From Methylibium sp. (GTDB taxonomy: Bacteria; Pseudomonadota; Gammaproteobacteria; Burkholderiales; Burkholderiaceae_C), in assembly GCA_031414975.1 (NCBI GenBank), contig JANOQS010000123.1, positions 1,155 through 65,154 on the forward strand: a DNA stretch of 64,000 nt, in the 5' to 3' direction. Made by a program: the position numbers and the translations under genes. Shown here piece by piece: positions 8,957 to 19,761 of this stretch. Every line of letters starts with the position of its first letter. Position 1 is the stretch's first letter. Under the pieces are notes generated by a model. That model did not search any database and had not been told where the DNA came from. It saw only the letters and a list, made by a program, of their open reading frames with translations.

Positions 8957-10225
8957 ATGAAGCAGCCACTGGCAGCCCTTTTTCTGGCGTTGGGCACGCT
9001 TTCCACGCCTTGGGCGGTGGCCCATGGCGACGACGACAAAAGGCCCGACCGCCACTGGCGCGACAGCCTGAACGTTCAAGTCGGCCCGCGGCCCTATTAC
9101 CTGGTCGACCAGCTCACCGACGGCCCGCTCAAGAGCCGCCTGCAGTCCTGCTCGGACAAGCCGCTGCGCAAGACCGACTTCTCCATCGGCCACCGCGGCG
9201 CGGCCTTGCAGTTCCCCGAGCACACCAAAGAATCGTACGAAGCCGCCGCGCGCATGGGGGCGGGCATCGTCGAATGCGACGTCACCTTCACGAAAGACCG
9301 CGAGCTCGTCTGCCGCCACGCGCAGAACGACCTGCACACCAGCACCAACATCCTGGCCACGCCACTGGCCTCGACCTGCATCAAGCCGTTCGTGCCCGCC
9401 ACCTTCGCGGCCGACGGCACGACCTTGTTGACGCCGGCAACGGCCGAGTGCCGCACCAGCGAGATCACGCTGGCCGAGTTCAAGTCGCTCAAGGGCAAGA
9501 TGGACGGTGCCAACCCGCGCGCCACCACCGTCGCTCAATACCTCAAGGGCACCGCCGACTGGCGCACCGAGGCCTATGCGCCCGGCGGCACCTTGCTGTC
9601 GCACAAGGAAAGCATCGAGCTGTTCAAGAAGCTGGGTGTGGGCATGACGCCCGAACTCAAGTCGCCCAGCGTGGTGATGCCGTTCGAAGGTACCTACACG
9701 CAGCAGGCGTATGCGCAGCAGATGATCGACGACTACAAGCGCGCCGGTGTGTCGCCGCGGCGCGTCTGGCCGCAGTCGTTCGATGTCAACGACGTTTATT
9801 ACTGGGTCGCCAACGAACCGCGCTTCGGCAAACAGGCGGTGGCGTTGTCGACGGTGAACGTCGCTGCCGACGTGCCGGCCGCCATTGCGGCCTTGCCCGA
9901 GATGCGCGCCAAGGGCGTGCGCATCGTGGCGCCGCCGACCTGGGCGCTGGTGACGCTCGATGCGCAGGGCAACATCGTGGCGTCGGACTACGCCAAGGCA
10001 GCCCGTCAGCAGGGCTTCGACATCATCTCGTGGACGCTCGAGCGTTCGGGCACCTTGACCGACGGCGGCGGCTACTACTTCCAGAGCATCAGCGCCGCCA
10101 CCAAAGGCCCTGGCGACTACCTGCGGCTGCTCGACGTTCTGGCGCGCGACGTCGGCGTGATCGGCGTTTTCTCCGACTGGCCCGGCACGGTGACCTACTA
10201 CGCCAACTGCCTGGGCATGCGCTGA
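8957..10225 (+). CDS. Secreted glycerophosphodiester phosphodiesterase (GDPD family)
   Basis: Signal peptide [26 protein letters not shown] motifs IGHRGA, FPEHT and ECDV. Confidence 0.85.
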   Translation: MKQPLAALFLALGTLSTPWAVAHGDDDKRPDRHWRDSLNVQVGPRPYYLVDQLTDGPLKSRLQSCSDKPLRKTDFSIGHRGAALQFPEHTKESYEAAARMGAGIVECDVTFTKDRELVCRHAQNDLHTSTNILATPLASTCIKPFVPATFAADGTTLLTPATAECRTSEITLAEFKSLKGKMDGANPRATTVAQYLKGTADWRTEAYAPGGTLLSHKESIELFKKLGVGMTPELKSPSVVMPFEGTYTQQAYAQQMIDDYKRAGVSPRRVWPQSFDVNDVYYWVANEPRFGKQAVALSTVNVAADVPAAIAALPEMRAKGVRIVAPPTWALVTLDAQGNIVASDYAKAARQQGFDIISWTLERSGTLTDGGGYYFQSISAATKGPGDYLRLLDVLARDVGVIGVFSDWPGTVTYYANCLGMR

Positions 10226-10261
10226 TGATCGACGCCGTGACCGCCGCGGATTGCGGGCAGG

Positions 10262-11410
10262 CTACGGCGCCGTGACGATCTGCAAGGTCAACCGCAGACC
10301 TCGTTCATAGAGTTCGTCCACAGCCATCCGTGGGGGTGCCGGTGGGGGAGCCGGTGGTGCGGCCGACGATGCGGCCGGCGGCGCTGGCCTTGCGCCCAGC
10401 GCGCTTCCCAATGCCTTGCTCAGCGCCGAGGCAGGCAGCAGGCGATCCGGCGGCCCGGCCTGAGCCATGGCCAGGCCGATCAAACGGCCACCGGCGTCGA
10501 ACAGCGGCCCGCCGCGGGGCCCTGGCGGCAGGCCGATGCCGAGCCGCCGGGCGCCGGAGGCTGGGTCCACCGTGCCCAGGAAGCCGCTCTGCAACCACGG
10601 CCATGCGGGCGCAGCGTCGGGCGCGGGCGCGTACTCGATCGCATGGGCCGGCGTGCCGGGGAAGGGGTCGCGTTCGGGGAGCGCGACGTCGGGCGCCAGG
10701 GTCAACACGGTGTGCAACTCGAGGACGGCCAGGCCCAGCTCGTCGATGTGCCGCTCCAGCCGCGCCGAAACCGTGCGCCCGAGGCCGTCGCGCACCCAGA
10801 TGCGCGAGGCGCCGCTCAGCGCCGCGAACGGTGCGATGGCGCGCCGGCCCTGATCGACGAGCAGGCCGCTGCTGACCGTTCGAGCCCCCGCCAGCAACGC
10901 GCCCGCCGGTGCGAACCGGGCCGGCGGTGCTGGCAGCGCCTGCGGCTGAGCCGGCGCCGGCTGCAAGCGTTGCTTCAGGTCCCCGATCAGCGGATCACCG
11001 GGCCGGCGCTGCTCCACCTCTGCAAGCAGGCGCAGCGCAAAAGCACTTTGCCCACCCACGGCCAGCAGCCACGCGTACAGCGCAGCCCCTGCGGTCTGGT
11101 CGGCGTGTGCGCCGGCCGTGTGGGCCGCAAACGCCAGCGCCTTGCGGTACTCGCCGGCCTGCACCAGGCTGCGCACCAGGCCCACTTCGATGTCGGACGC
11201 GTGCTCCTGGCTGGCCGCACGCTCGAACAGTTCGGTCGCGAGCGGCGCGTCACCTTGTGCCAACGCCGCTTCGGCCAGCGCAACCGTTTCGCTGGTGCGG
11301 GCGCTGCGGAACGGGCTGGCGCCGCCGCCGGGGAAGCCCTGGGCCTGCGCCGCGGTCAGTGCAACGAGGAGCACTGGCGCTGCAAACCAGCGCGGCGCCA
11401 AGCTACTCAC
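10262..11410 (-). CDS. Secreted TPR plus trypsin-like-fold protein, apparently lacking the catalytic triad
   Basis: GTG start at 11410. Signal peptide, TPR-like N-terminal half, and C-terminal GGPLFDAGGRLIGLAM resembling S1C proteases, but GPRGGP stands in place of GNSGGP. Confidence 0.55.
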   Translation of the reverse strand: MSSLAPRWFAAPVLLVALTAAQAQGFPGGGASPFRSARTSETVALAEAALAQGDAPLATELFERAASQEHASDIEVGLVRSLVQAGEYRKALAFAAHTAGAHADQTAGAALYAWLLAVGGQSAFALRLLAEVEQRRPGDPLIGDLKQRLQPAPAQPQALPAPPARFAPAGALLAGARTVSSGLLVDQGRRAIAPFAALSGASRIWVRDGLGRTVSARLERHIDELGLAVLELHTVLTLAPDVALPERDPFPGTPAHAIEYAPAPDAAPAWPWLQSGFLGTVDPASGARRLGIGLPPGPRGGPLFDAGGRLIGLAMAQAGPPDRLLPASALSKALGSALGARPAPPAASSAAPPAPPPAPPRMAVDELYERGLRLTLQIVTAP

Positions 11411-11465
11411 CCCAACCCTCTCCTCAACCCCCTCCAAAGCGGGGCGAGGGAGGAAAGGCGGGCGT

Positions 11466-13481
11466 TCAAGGCAGGCGTGTGATGCGGGGCTTTTGAAGCG
11501 CGGCGGCATTCGGGTCGTAGGCGGCGAAGTTCGGGGCCTTGAAGTTGGACAGGTAGGCCACCAGCGCGTCAATGTCCTGCGCACCACCGACCGGTGCCGT
11601 GCCGGCGATGAAGCTGGTGAACGCGTCGCCGCCGGTGGACAGGAAGTTGTTGATCGTGACGCGGTAGGTCTTGGTGGGCTGAACCACCGTGCCGAGCGCA
11701 TCGACGATCTGGTCGACCACCGCGCCATTGGCGTTGACCCGCCGTACGTCGGACACGCGCGCGTCGCAGGTCTTGGCCGAGTCCCAGCGGTACTTGAAAC
11801 CCAGCGACGGGATCAGGATGCGTTGCGCGGTCTGGCCCCGGCAACCTGCGAACTGCTGCTCCAGGGCGTTCTTGATGTCCTGCGCCGTCAAGGTCAACGT
11901 CACCAGCGTGTTGCCGAAGGGCTGCGCGGTGAAGGCCTCGCCGTAGGTGATGTTGCCGTCGCCTTCGGCCGCGGCACTGCTGGGGAAGGTGAAGCCCGGG
12001 CTGCGCACGCCGCCCGGGTTCATGAAGGCGATGACCGCATCGCCGAAGCCGGCCGGTGCGGTGGCAGCGAGTTGTGCATCGGCCACCAGTTCGCCGGCCG
12101 GCATGTTGCCGGCGGCGTCGGCCACGTTGGGCAGTGCGGTGGTGATGGTGCCGATCACCTGGTTCGCGATGGGCGATACCAGCCCGTTGTAGGCCGTCAC
12201 CAGGTTGCGCACGGTCGGGTCGGCGGCGATGGCCAGGTTGATGTCGGCATCGGTCCGATCGACCAGCCGGTTGGTGGCCGACACGGCGGTCACGTCGCGC
12301 GTCCACGGGTCGATGCTCAGGTCGATGTCGGTCAGCACGCGGCCGAACGCGCTCGCGCTGGTGACCGGAATGAGCCGGCCGTGCGCGTTGGGCAGGCCAG
12401 TCGGGCGCGGCGCGGTGGTCGTCAGCAGCGGGCTGCTGCCGGCAACCGCCTTCACGTCGACCGTGTTCGCCGAGCAGTTGTACGCCGCGTGCGTGTGGCC
12501 GCTGATCACCAGGTCCACCGCGTTGTGCAGGCGCGCGACGACCTTGGCCAGCTCGGAGCCGGCCAGGTTGCCGTCGCAGCCGTTGATGTCGGACAGGCCC
12601 GCCGACTGGAACCCGCCCTGGTGCACCAGCACCACGATCGCCTCGACGCCGTGCGCACGCAGGCGCGGCACCAGCGCGTTCACCGTGTCGGCCTCGTCCA
12701 GGAATTCCAACCCTGCCACGCCGGTGGGGGTGACGATGCTGGGCGTGGCTTTCAAGGTCATGCCGATGAAGGCCACGCGTACCCCCTTGAAGGTCTTGAT
12801 GCCGAACGGGCGCAGCAAGGGCTTGCCGGTGGTGCTGCTCACCACGTTGGCCGACAACCACTTGAACTTGGCGCCTTCGAACGGCACCGGCGTGCCGACC
12901 AGCGCGCCCTGGCAGCTGTTGGGGTCGCGCACGCCGTTGGTTTCCTTGCAGCCGCCGCGTTGCAGGCGCAGCAGTTCGGCCGAGCCTTTGTCGAACTCGT
13001 GGTTGCCGACCGAATTGAAGTCGAGGCCGATGCGGTTCAGCGTTTCCACCGCGGGCTCGTCGAAGAAGAGTGCCGAGACCAGCGGCGTCGCGCCGATGAA
13101 GTCGCCCGCACCGACGATCACGTGGTGGGGGTTCTGTGCCTTGAGCCGGGCGACGTAGGCCGCCAGGTAATCGGCGCCGCCGACGGCTGGGCGCTGCGCG
13201 GTCGGGATGCTGGTGTTCTGGCCGAAGCTGCCCGGCGACTGCAGGTTGCCGTGGAAGTCGTTGAAGCCGACGATCTTGACGCGCAAAGGCTTGCGCTTGC
13301 TGTCGGGCCCGCGCTGCGCCTCTCTATCAGACGCGTCGTTGCGCTGGAGCTCGCTCCAGGCTTCCGATTCGGCCGAGGCCGAGGCTGTGGCAGCGCTGTC
13401 CGCGGCGGATGCAGGCAACGCCCATCCTGCGGCAAGCGCCGCGGAAAGAAGCGTGGCGGCAAGAGACCTGTGCTTGGGCAT
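11466..13481 (-). CDS. Secreted bifunctional metallophosphatase / 5'-nucleotidase (UshA-like)
   Basis: Signal peptide. DFHG, GDFIGA, GNHEFD and GHTH metallophosphatase motifs, plus a C-terminal 5'-nucleotidase domain. Confidence 0.85.
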   Translation of the reverse strand: MPKHRSLAATLLSAALAAGWALPASAADSAATASASAESEAWSELQRNDASDREAQRGPDSKRKPLRVKIVGFNDFHGNLQSPGSFGQNTSIPTAQRPAVGGADYLAAYVARLKAQNPHHVIVGAGDFIGATPLVSALFFDEPAVETLNRIGLDFNSVGNHEFDKGSAELLRLQRGGCKETNGVRDPNSCQGALVGTPVPFEGAKFKWLSANVVSSTTGKPLLRPFGIKTFKGVRVAFIGMTLKATPSIVTPTGVAGLEFLDEADTVNALVPRLRAHGVEAIVVLVHQGGFQSAGLSDINGCDGNLAGSELAKVVARLHNAVDLVISGHTHAAYNCSANTVDVKAVAGSSPLLTTTAPRPTGLPNAHGRLIPVTSASAFGRVLTDIDLSIDPWTRDVTAVSATNRLVDRTDADINLAIAADPTVRNLVTAYNGLVSPIANQVIGTITTALPNVADAAGNMPAGELVADAQLAATAPAGFGDAVIAFMNPGGVRSPGFTFPSSAAAEGDGNITYGEAFTAQPFGNTLVTLTLTAQDIKNALEQQFAGCRGQTAQRILIPSLGFKYRWDSAKTCDARVSDVRRVNANGAVVDQIVDALGTVVQPTKTYRVTINNFLSTGGDAFTSFIAGTAPVGGAQDIDALVAYLSNFKAPNFAAYDPNAAALQKPRITRLP

Positions 13482-13595
13482 GGGCGTCCTTCGTGCGATG
13501 TGGTGGGTGCAGACACGATCCCACAGCTTCGCGACAACTTCGCGACAGGCGCGTGACGCTGCACGCCAGCGCACGACATGTCCCTTCGGCGCGCA

Positions 13596-13613
13596 CTGAC
13601 ACGGAAATGACAC
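13596..13613. promoter_or_regulatory. Pho-box-like direct repeat in the divergent 5'-nucleotidase / phnC region
   Basis: Plus strand reads CTGACAC-GGAA-ATGACAC; minus strand reads GTGTCAT-TTCC-GTGTCAG. It lies 72 nt from the phnC ATG. Confidence 0.55.
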
Positions 13614-13667
13614 GCTGGCTTCCGATACTCAAACGGTTCGCGAAATCCATCCACCGCCAGGTCTGCC

Positions 13668-14558
13668 ATGCCCGCTTCGACAGAAAACCACGTCAGCCCC
13701 GCGATCGAGGTGCGTTCGCTGGCCAAGACCTTCGGCACCGGCCGGCGCGCGCTGCAGAACGTGGACCTGCTGATCGCGCCGGGCGAAATGGTGGCGCTGA
13801 TCGGCGCGTCCGGCTCGGGCAAATCGACCCTGTTGCGCCACATCGCCGGCCTGATGGCGGGTGACGCGGGCTCGGGCGGCTCGGTCCATGTGCACGCCAG
13901 GGTCGTGCAGATGCAGGGGCGCATCGCGCGCGACATCCGGAAGGTGCGTGCCGAGATCGGCTTCGTGTTCCAGCAGTTCAACCTGGTCGATCGGTTGCCC
14001 GTCATCGTCAACGTGCTGGCCGGCGTGCTGCACCGCATGCCCTTGTGGCGCAGCCTGACGCGCACCTTCACGCGGGCCGAAACGGCTCGGGGCATCGAAG
14101 CGCTGCGCCGGGTTGGCATCGCCGAGTGCTGCCGGCAACGGGCCTCCACCTTGTCGGGCGGCCAGCAGCAGCGTGCGGCAATCGCGCGCGCCATGGTGCT
14201 GGGAGCGCGGGTGATCCTGGCCGACGAGCCGATCGCCTCGCTCGACCCGGAGTCCTCGCGCAAGGTGATGGACATCCTGTCCACCTTGAACCGCGAAGAC
14301 GGCTGCACCGTCGTCGTCTCGCTGCACCAGGTGAACGTGGCAATGAAGTACTGCGCCCGCACCGTGGCGCTGCACCAGGGCCGGGTGGTGTACGACGGCC
14401 CCTCGGCCGCCCTCACGCCGGCCCTGCTGCGCGACCTTTACGGTGCCGATGCCGACGAGATTCTTTCCGCGGGCGACGCCATATCCAGCCTGGACGACGA
14501 GGCGCGCGCGCCCCGCAACACGTCGAGCTGGGGCCAGGCGGCGCTGCGCGCGGCGTGA
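13668..14558 (+). CDS. phnC: Phosphonate ABC transporter ATP-binding protein
   Basis: Walker [10 protein letters not shown], signature LSGGQQQR, Walker B ILADEP. It sits directly upstream of phnD and phnE. Confidence 0.9.
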   Translation: MPASTENHVSPAIEVRSLAKTFGTGRRALQNVDLLIAPGEMVALIGASGSGKSTLLRHIAGLMAGDAGSGGSVHVHARVVQMQGRIARDIRKVRAEIGFVFQQFNLVDRLPVIVNVLAGVLHRMPLWRSLTRTFTRAETARGIEALRRVGIAECCRQRASTLSGGQQQRAAIARAMVLGARVILADEPIASLDPESSRKVMDILSTLNREDGCTVVVSLHQVNVAMKYCARTVALHQGRVVYDGPSAALTPALLRDLYGADADEILSAGDAISSLDDEARAPRNTSSWGQAALRAA

Positions 14559-14611
14559 CGCAGCCGCCTCTCGAACTGTCCAGTCTCTCCACCCCCACTG
14601 AGGAGTTCACG

Positions 14612-15598
14612 ATGTGCAAGAAACTGTTGGCCGGTCTGGCCGCATCTGCCGGCATGGCGCTGCTGGCGCTGGCGCCGGCCCACGCGCAGGAGCTGAAGGA
14701 GATCAACTTCGGCATCATTTCCACCGAGTCGTCGCAGAACCTGAAGCAGGACTGGCAACCGATCCTGGACGACATGGCGAAGAAGACCGGCATGAAGGTC
14801 AACGCCTTCTTCGCGCCCGACTACGCCGGCATCATCGAAGGCATGCGCTTCAACAAGGTCCACGTGGCCTGGTATGGCAACAAGTCGGCCATGGAAGCGG
14901 TGGACCGGGCCAGCGGCGAGGTGTTCGCGCAGATGGTCAACGCCGACGGCACGCAGGGTTATTACTCGCACCTGATCGTGCACAAGGACAGCCCGATCAA
15001 GACCCTCGACGATGTGCTGAAGAACGGCAGGAACCTGTCGTTCGGCAATGGTGACCCGAACTCGACCTCCGGCTTCCTGGTGCCGAGCTACTACGTGTTC
15101 GCACAGAACAAGATCGACGCCAAGACGCACTTCAAGCTCAGCCGTGGCGCCAACCATGAGTCGAACGCGCTGGCGGTGGCCAACAAGCAGGTCGACGTGG
15201 CCACCAACAACAGCGAGAACCTGCAGAAGATGCAGGAGCGCGCGGCCGACAAGCACAGCGAAATCCGGGTGGTGTGGACCTCGCCGCTGATCCCGCTGGA
15301 CCCGCTGGTGATGCGCAAGGACCTGCCCGAGCCGGCCAAGGCCGCGATCAAGTCCTTCTTCTACAACTACGGCAAGGGCAGCCCGGCCGAGAAGGACAAC
15401 CTGATGAAGTTGTCCAAGCTGTCCGGCTTCAAGGAGTCGAACAACCTGCAACTGGTGCCGATCCGGCAGCTGGAGCTGTTCAAGGAGCGCAACAAGTTCG
15501 AGTCGGACGCCGCCATGCCGGCCGCCGACAAGACCGCCAAGCTGGCCGAGATCGACCGGCAGCTTGCGGCGCTGAGCCTGCTGGTGGCGCAGAAGTAG
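14612..15598 (+). CDS. phnD: Phosphonate ABC transporter substrate-binding protein
   Basis: AGGAG lies 6 nt upstream. Signal peptide. The PhnD-like sequence includes [11 protein letters not shown]. Confidence 0.9.
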   Translation: MCKKLLAGLAASAGMALLALAPAHAQELKEINFGIISTESSQNLKQDWQPILDDMAKKTGMKVNAFFAPDYAGIIEGMRFNKVHVAWYGNKSAMEAVDRASGEVFAQMVNADGTQGYYSHLIVHKDSPIKTLDDVLKNGRNLSFGNGDPNSTSGFLVPSYYVFAQNKIDAKTHFKLSRGANHESNALAVANKQVDVATNNSENLQKMQERAADKHSEIRVVWTSPLIPLDPLVMRKDLPEPAKAAIKSFFYNYGKGSPAEKDNLMKLSKLSGFKESNNLQLVPIRQLELFKERNKFESDAAMPAADKTAKLAEIDRQLAALSLLVAQK

Positions 15599-15638
15599 TC
15601 GCTGTCCAGGTCAGCCCCAGGGGACGCAGGCCACGGCC

Positions 15639-16460
15639 ATGACCACGTTTGCCAACCGCGCGCCGCCACCGGCCGCGGCCTTGCCCACGCCGCGCAACGC
15701 CATCCCGCGCACCAGCGTGCTCGGGCTGCTGGCGTGGGGCGTGGTGCTGGCGCTGCTGGCGGCATCGTGGACCGGCGCGGACATGCGCCCTGCCGATCTG
15801 GTGCGCGACTCGGCCAACATGGCCACCTATGCGGTCGACTTCTTTCCGCCCAAATTCGACCACTGGCGCCTGTACCTGCACGAGATGATCGTCACCTTGC
15901 AAATTGCCCTGTGGGGCACCGCGCTGGCGGTGGTCTTTGCGGTGCCGTTCGGGCTGCTCTCGTCGGCCAACATCACGCCGTGGTGGATTCACCAGCCGGT
16001 GCGCCGGCTGATGGACGCGGCCCGCGCGATCAACGAGATGGTGTTCGCCATGCTGTTCATCGTCGCCGTCGGGCTGGGCCCGTTTGCCGGCGTGCTCGCG
16101 CTGTTCGTGCACACCACCGGCATCCTGGCCAAGCTGTTCTCGGAGGCGGTCGAGTCGATCGACGCACAACCCGTCGAAGGGATCCGCGCCACCGGCGCGA
16201 ACGCGCTGGAGGAGATCGTCTACGGCGTGATCCCGCAGGTGCTGCCGCTGTGGATCTCCTACACGCTGTACCGCTTCGAGTCGAACGTGCGCTCGGCGTC
16301 GGTCGTCGGCATGGTCGGCGCCGGCGGCATCGGCGTGATCCTGTGGGAAATCATCCGCGGCTTCCAGTACGCCGAGACCTGCGCGGTGATGATCATCATC
16401 ATCGTCACCGTCTCGGCCATCGACCTGATCTCGGCGCGCATTCGCAAGGCGCTGGTTTGA
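15639..16460 (+). CDS. phnE: Phosphonate ABC transporter permease
   Basis: 273 aa polytopic protein with PhnE-like motifs EAVESID and IRATGA. Confidence 0.9.
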   Translation: MTTFANRAPPPAAALPTPRNAIPRTSVLGLLAWGVVLALLAASWTGADMRPADLVRDSANMATYAVDFFPPKFDHWRLYLHEMIVTLQIALWGTALAVVFAVPFGLLSSANITPWWIHQPVRRLMDAARAINEMVFAMLFIVAVGLGPFAGVLALFVHTTGILAKLFSEAVESIDAQPVEGIRATGANALEEIVYGVIPQVLPLWISYTLYRFESNVRSASVVGMVGAGGIGVILWEIIRGFQYAETCAVMIIIIVTVSAIDLISARIRKALV

Positions 16461-16513
16461 CAAGGCGCCGCCCCTCTTCCCGTTCCACAACCTCAGCACC
16501 CCACGCACCCACC

Positions 16514-17908
16514 ATGAAATTCACCCAATCGATCTTCGCCAGCGCCGCTCTCGCGCTGTTCGGCTGCACCGGCCATGCCGCGCCGGCCTTCGTCAACGGC
16601 CTGGTCATCGACGGAGCGCAGATCGACGCGTCTGGCGGCTCGGCGGTCAACGACGGCCGGCTCGGCTACTTCTCGGACATCTACTACGACCCGGAGCGCC
16701 AGGAGTGGTGGGCGCTGTCGGACCGCGGGCCCGGCGGCGGCACCTTGAACTACGAAACGCGGGTTCACCGTTTCAAGCTCGACGTGAACCCGCAGAGCGG
16801 CGAGATCTCGAACTTCCAGGTGCTCAAGACACTGATCTTCCGCAAGCGCGGCAGCGCGCTGAACGGCTTTGCACCGGCGGTGGCGGGCCCGCTGGAGGTG
16901 GCGTTCGACCCCGAGGGCATCGTCGTGGACCCGCGCACCGGGCACTTCCTCGTCTCGGATGAATACGGTCCGTCGCTGTACGAGATCAACCGCGCCGGCC
17001 AGGTGGTGCACAGCTACCAGACTCCCGCCAACCTGATCCCGCGCGACGCCGCCACCGGCACGCCGAACTTCGCCAGCGACGCCGGCAACAACGCCGGCAA
17101 GCGCACCAACCGCGGCTTCGAGGGTCTGGCCATCAGCCCGGACGGTCGCTACGCCTACGCCATGCTCCAGAGCGCGATGCTGGACGAAGGTGCGGGCAAT
17201 GGCGTCTACAACCGCATCGTCAAGTTCGACACGCGCACTCGGCGTGCCGTCGGGCAGTTCGCCTACCGCATGGACGGCAGCTCGCAAGGGCGCGGCATCT
17301 CGGCACTGGTGGCCCTCAACGACACCGACTTCCTGGTGCTCGAACGCAACAACCGCGGGCTCGGCGTCGATGCCGAACTGTCGCCTCCAATCAAGAAGGT
17401 GTTTCGCATCAGCCTGGCCGGCGCGAGCGACGTGAGCGGCATCGACCTCGATGCGCCGGGCGCACAGTTCACGCCCGTCAGCAAAGCGGCTTCGCCTTGG
17501 CTCGACCTGGCGCTGGGCAGCACGCTGGCCGATGCGTCGCTGGCGGCGCTCGGTGGCGCATCGCCCGAGAAGTGGGAAGGCCTGACGATCGGGCCGCGGC
17601 TCGATGACGGTTCGTACCTCGTGCTGGCCGGCACCGACAACGATTATTCGGTCACGCAGAACGGCACCGGCACGCAGTTCGACGTCTACTTCAAGGCCAA
17701 TGGCAGCACGCCCAGCCGCATTCAGTGCGACATCGGAAGCTTCGCGAACTGCATCGCCGTCAACCTCAACGGCAGCCGCGGTGACGCCTTGCCGGCGAGC
17801 TTCGATTTCGGCGGCTACCAACTGATCCCGGGCGTGCTGCACGCCTACAAGGCCAGTGCCGCTGACCTGGCCGGCCTGGTGCGCCCGGGCACTCGGCAAG
17901 GGCGTTGA
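16514..17908 (+). CDS. Secreted phytase-like esterase family protein (beta-propeller type)
   Basis: Signal peptide. SDRGPGGG, FDPEGI and NRGFEGLAISPDG resemble the esterase-like-activity-of-phytase family. Confidence 0.7.
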   Translation: MKFTQSIFASAALALFGCTGHAAPAFVNGLVIDGAQIDASGGSAVNDGRLGYFSDIYYDPERQEWWALSDRGPGGGTLNYETRVHRFKLDVNPQSGEISNFQVLKTLIFRKRGSALNGFAPAVAGPLEVAFDPEGIVVDPRTGHFLVSDEYGPSLYEINRAGQVVHSYQTPANLIPRDAATGTPNFASDAGNNAGKRTNRGFEGLAISPDGRYAYAMLQSAMLDEGAGNGVYNRIVKFDTRTRRAVGQFAYRMDGSSQGRGISALVALNDTDFLVLERNNRGLGVDAELSPPIKKVFRISLAGASDVSGIDLDAPGAQFTPVSKAASPWLDLALGSTLADASLAALGGASPEKWEGLTIGPRLDDGSYLVLAGTDNDYSVTQNGTGTQFDVYFKANGSTPSRIQCDIGSFANCIAVNLNGSRGDALPASFDFGGYQLIPGVLHAYKASAADLAGLVRPGTRQGR

Positions 17909-17926
17909 TGATCCGAGCCGACGCCG

Positions 17927-18631
17927 TCACGCCCCCAGCGGAAAGTCTCGAATCCGCTGCAGGGCTGCGCCCGGCCGAGGCTCTTCGAACAGGCACAGGC
18001 GGTCCAGCCGCAGCGGCTGATCGCGGTTCAGTGCCACGACGGCTTCGCGCGCCTGTTCGATGACGGCTGAAGCTTCGTCGTCGTTGCACGAGGCCAAGGT
18101 CATGTGAAATCGAAAGCGCTCCAGCACGTGCGGGTAGCCGAAGCGCAGCAGCAACTCGCGCCCGCGCGCGTCGAGGAGGTCGGGCCGGCGGCGCTGGATC
18201 TCGACGTCCGTCAGCGGCGCACGCAGGTCGTCGAGCTCGACCACGCAACGCGCGGCCAGGTCTGCCAGGGCCGGGCCGCTGTCGGTCGGAACCAGGGCCA
18301 CGAAGCCCGGCAGGCGGCGTGGCGCCAGTGGGCCCAGCGCCAGCACCGGCAACGTGCCGGCGAGGCCTTGCATGCGTTCGCACAGGCCTTCGATGGCGGT
18401 GCTCGCAGCCAGCCGGAACGGCGCCTTCAGCGTGGCGTGGAACCCGTAGCGGGCCGGCTCGGCGGTCATGGGCTGCGGCCCGCCACGGGCGAGCGGATCG
18501 GACCTCGCCTCCGCGTCATCCCGGCCCAACCAGCCCGCACCGAACTGCCACCAGGCCGAAGCGCGCGCCGGAGCGAAGTAGACCGCGTAGCGCGGTGCGG
18601 GTGCGACAAGGTCGGCGGCTGTCATGGACAT
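17927..18631 (-). CDS. DUF1045 putative phosphonate-metabolism protein (2H-phosphoesterase-like)
   Basis: Starts MSMTAADL. YGFHATLKAPF and RFHMTLA are two HxT-type motifs. Divergent from phnG. Confidence 0.75.
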   Translation of the reverse strand: MSMTAADLVAPAPRYAVYFAPARASAWWQFGAGWLGRDDAEARSDPLARGGPQPMTAEPARYGFHATLKAPFRLAASTAIEGLCERMQGLAGTLPVLALGPLAPRRLPGFVALVPTDSGPALADLAARCVVELDDLRAPLTDVEIQRRRPDLLDARGRELLLRFGYPHVLERFRFHMTLASCNDDEASAVIEQAREAVVALNRDQPLRLDRLCLFEEPRPGAALQRIRDFPLGA

Positions 18632-18691
18632 GTCTTGTTGAATGCCGAAACTCCGAAGAGCCGAACAGTACGCGCTCTTGCGGACGAACCG

Positions 18692-19165
18692 ATGACACCG
18701 CCTTCTACCCCGCCCGAACCGACCGCAGCCACCGACGATCGCCGGGCCTGGTTGGCCGTGCTGGCGCGCGCGCCGGTGCAGGCGCTGGAGCTGGGCTTGC
18801 GCGAGTGGGCGCCGCAGATCCGCTTCGAATGCCTGCGCCGCCCGGAGCCGGGTCTGGTGATGCTGCGCGGCCGCATCGGTGGCAGCGGTGATGCGTTCAA
18901 CCTCGGCGAGGCTTCGGTGACCCGCTGCACGGTGCGCTTGAACGACGGGCAGGTGGGCACCGGCCACGTGCTCGGGCGCGACCGGCGCAAGGCCGAGCTG
19001 GTGGCGGTGTTCGATGCCTTGCTTCAGGAGCCGGCGTACCGGGTGCGGCTGGAACCCGGGCTGCTGGCGCCCTTGCGCCTGGCTCAGCAGCAACAGCGCG
19101 CTGCCGCGGCCGCCGCGGCCGGGGCGAGCAAGGTGGAGTTCTTCACCATGGTGCGAGGCGAGTGA
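18692..19165 (+). CDS. phnG: C-P lyase core complex subunit PhnG
   Basis: 157 aa. Position and the AFNLGEASVTRC motif. Ends in VEFFTMVRGE. Confidence 0.85.
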   Translation: MTPPSTPPEPTAATDDRRAWLAVLARAPVQALELGLREWAPQIRFECLRRPEPGLVMLRGRIGGSGDAFNLGEASVTRCTVRLNDGQVGTGHVLGRDRRKAELVAVFDALLQEPAYRVRLEPGLLAPLRLAQQQQRAAAAAAAGASKVEFFTMVRGE

Positions 19166-19761
19166 TGGGTGACATGCGCGACCTGCCCTTGGGCTTTGCC
19201 GACCCGGTGGGCGACGCGCAGATCGCGTTTCGCGCCGCGCTGAGCGCACTCTCGCGCCCGGGCGAGGCGGTGCAGTGCAGGGCATCGGCGCCGACGGTTC
19301 AGGGCCTGATGCCGGCGACTGCGGCGCTGCTGCTGGCGCTGACCGATCATGAAACGCCGGTCTGGTGGGCCCGCACCGAACCGGCGCAGTGGCTGCAGTT
19401 TCACACCGGCGCGCCCTCGGTGGTGCGGCCCGATGAGGCGGTATTCGCGGTCGTGGCGCAGGACCTCGCCGTGCCAGACCTGACACGCCTGAACGCCGGC
19501 ACCGATGAAGCCCCCGAACGCTCTGCCACCCTGGTGTTCGAGTTGCCGTCGTTCGACGGTGGCGTCTGCACCGAGTGGTCCGGCCCCGGCCTGCGCGAGC
19601 CGAAGGTGATGCACCTGGCCGGCGTATCCCCCGGCTTCTGGGCGCAGTGGCAGCGCAACCATGCCGGCTTTCCGAGCGGCGTGGATGTGTTCTTCGTCTG
19701 CGGCCGCCAGCTCGTGGGCCTGCCGCGCACGACGCGCGTGCAGCGCCGGGAGGGCCGCTGA
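19162..19761 (+). CDS. phnH: C-P lyase subunit PhnH
   Basis: Overlaps the phnG stop (GTGATG; the start may be the ATG at 19165). FADPVGDAQIAFRAALSALSRPG is typical of PhnH. Confidence 0.85.
   Translation: MMGDMRDLPLGFADPVGDAQIAFRAALSALSRPGEAVQCRASAPTVQGLMPATAALLLALTDHETPVWWARTEPAQWLQFHTGAPSVVRPDEAVFAVVAQDLAVPDLTRLNAGTDEAPERSATLVFELPSFDGGVCTEWSGPGLREPKVMHLAGVSPGFWAQWQRNHAGFPSGVDVFFVCGRQLVGLPRTTRVQRREGR

Noticed and set aside
11118-14416. ORFs 11118..13556(+) 812 aa and 13118..14416(-) 432 aa
   Set aside because: They mirror the 5'-nucleotidase and phnC frames. No motifs are present, and the opposite-strand genes have clear catalytic signatures.
18632-18691. Pho box or PhnF-type operator in the 60-nt DUF1045/phnG intergenic region
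   Set aside because: No 11-nt-periodic TGTCA-type repeat is present. Only a 6-bp-stem hairpin (AAGAGC...GCTCTT) is present, which is too weak to call.
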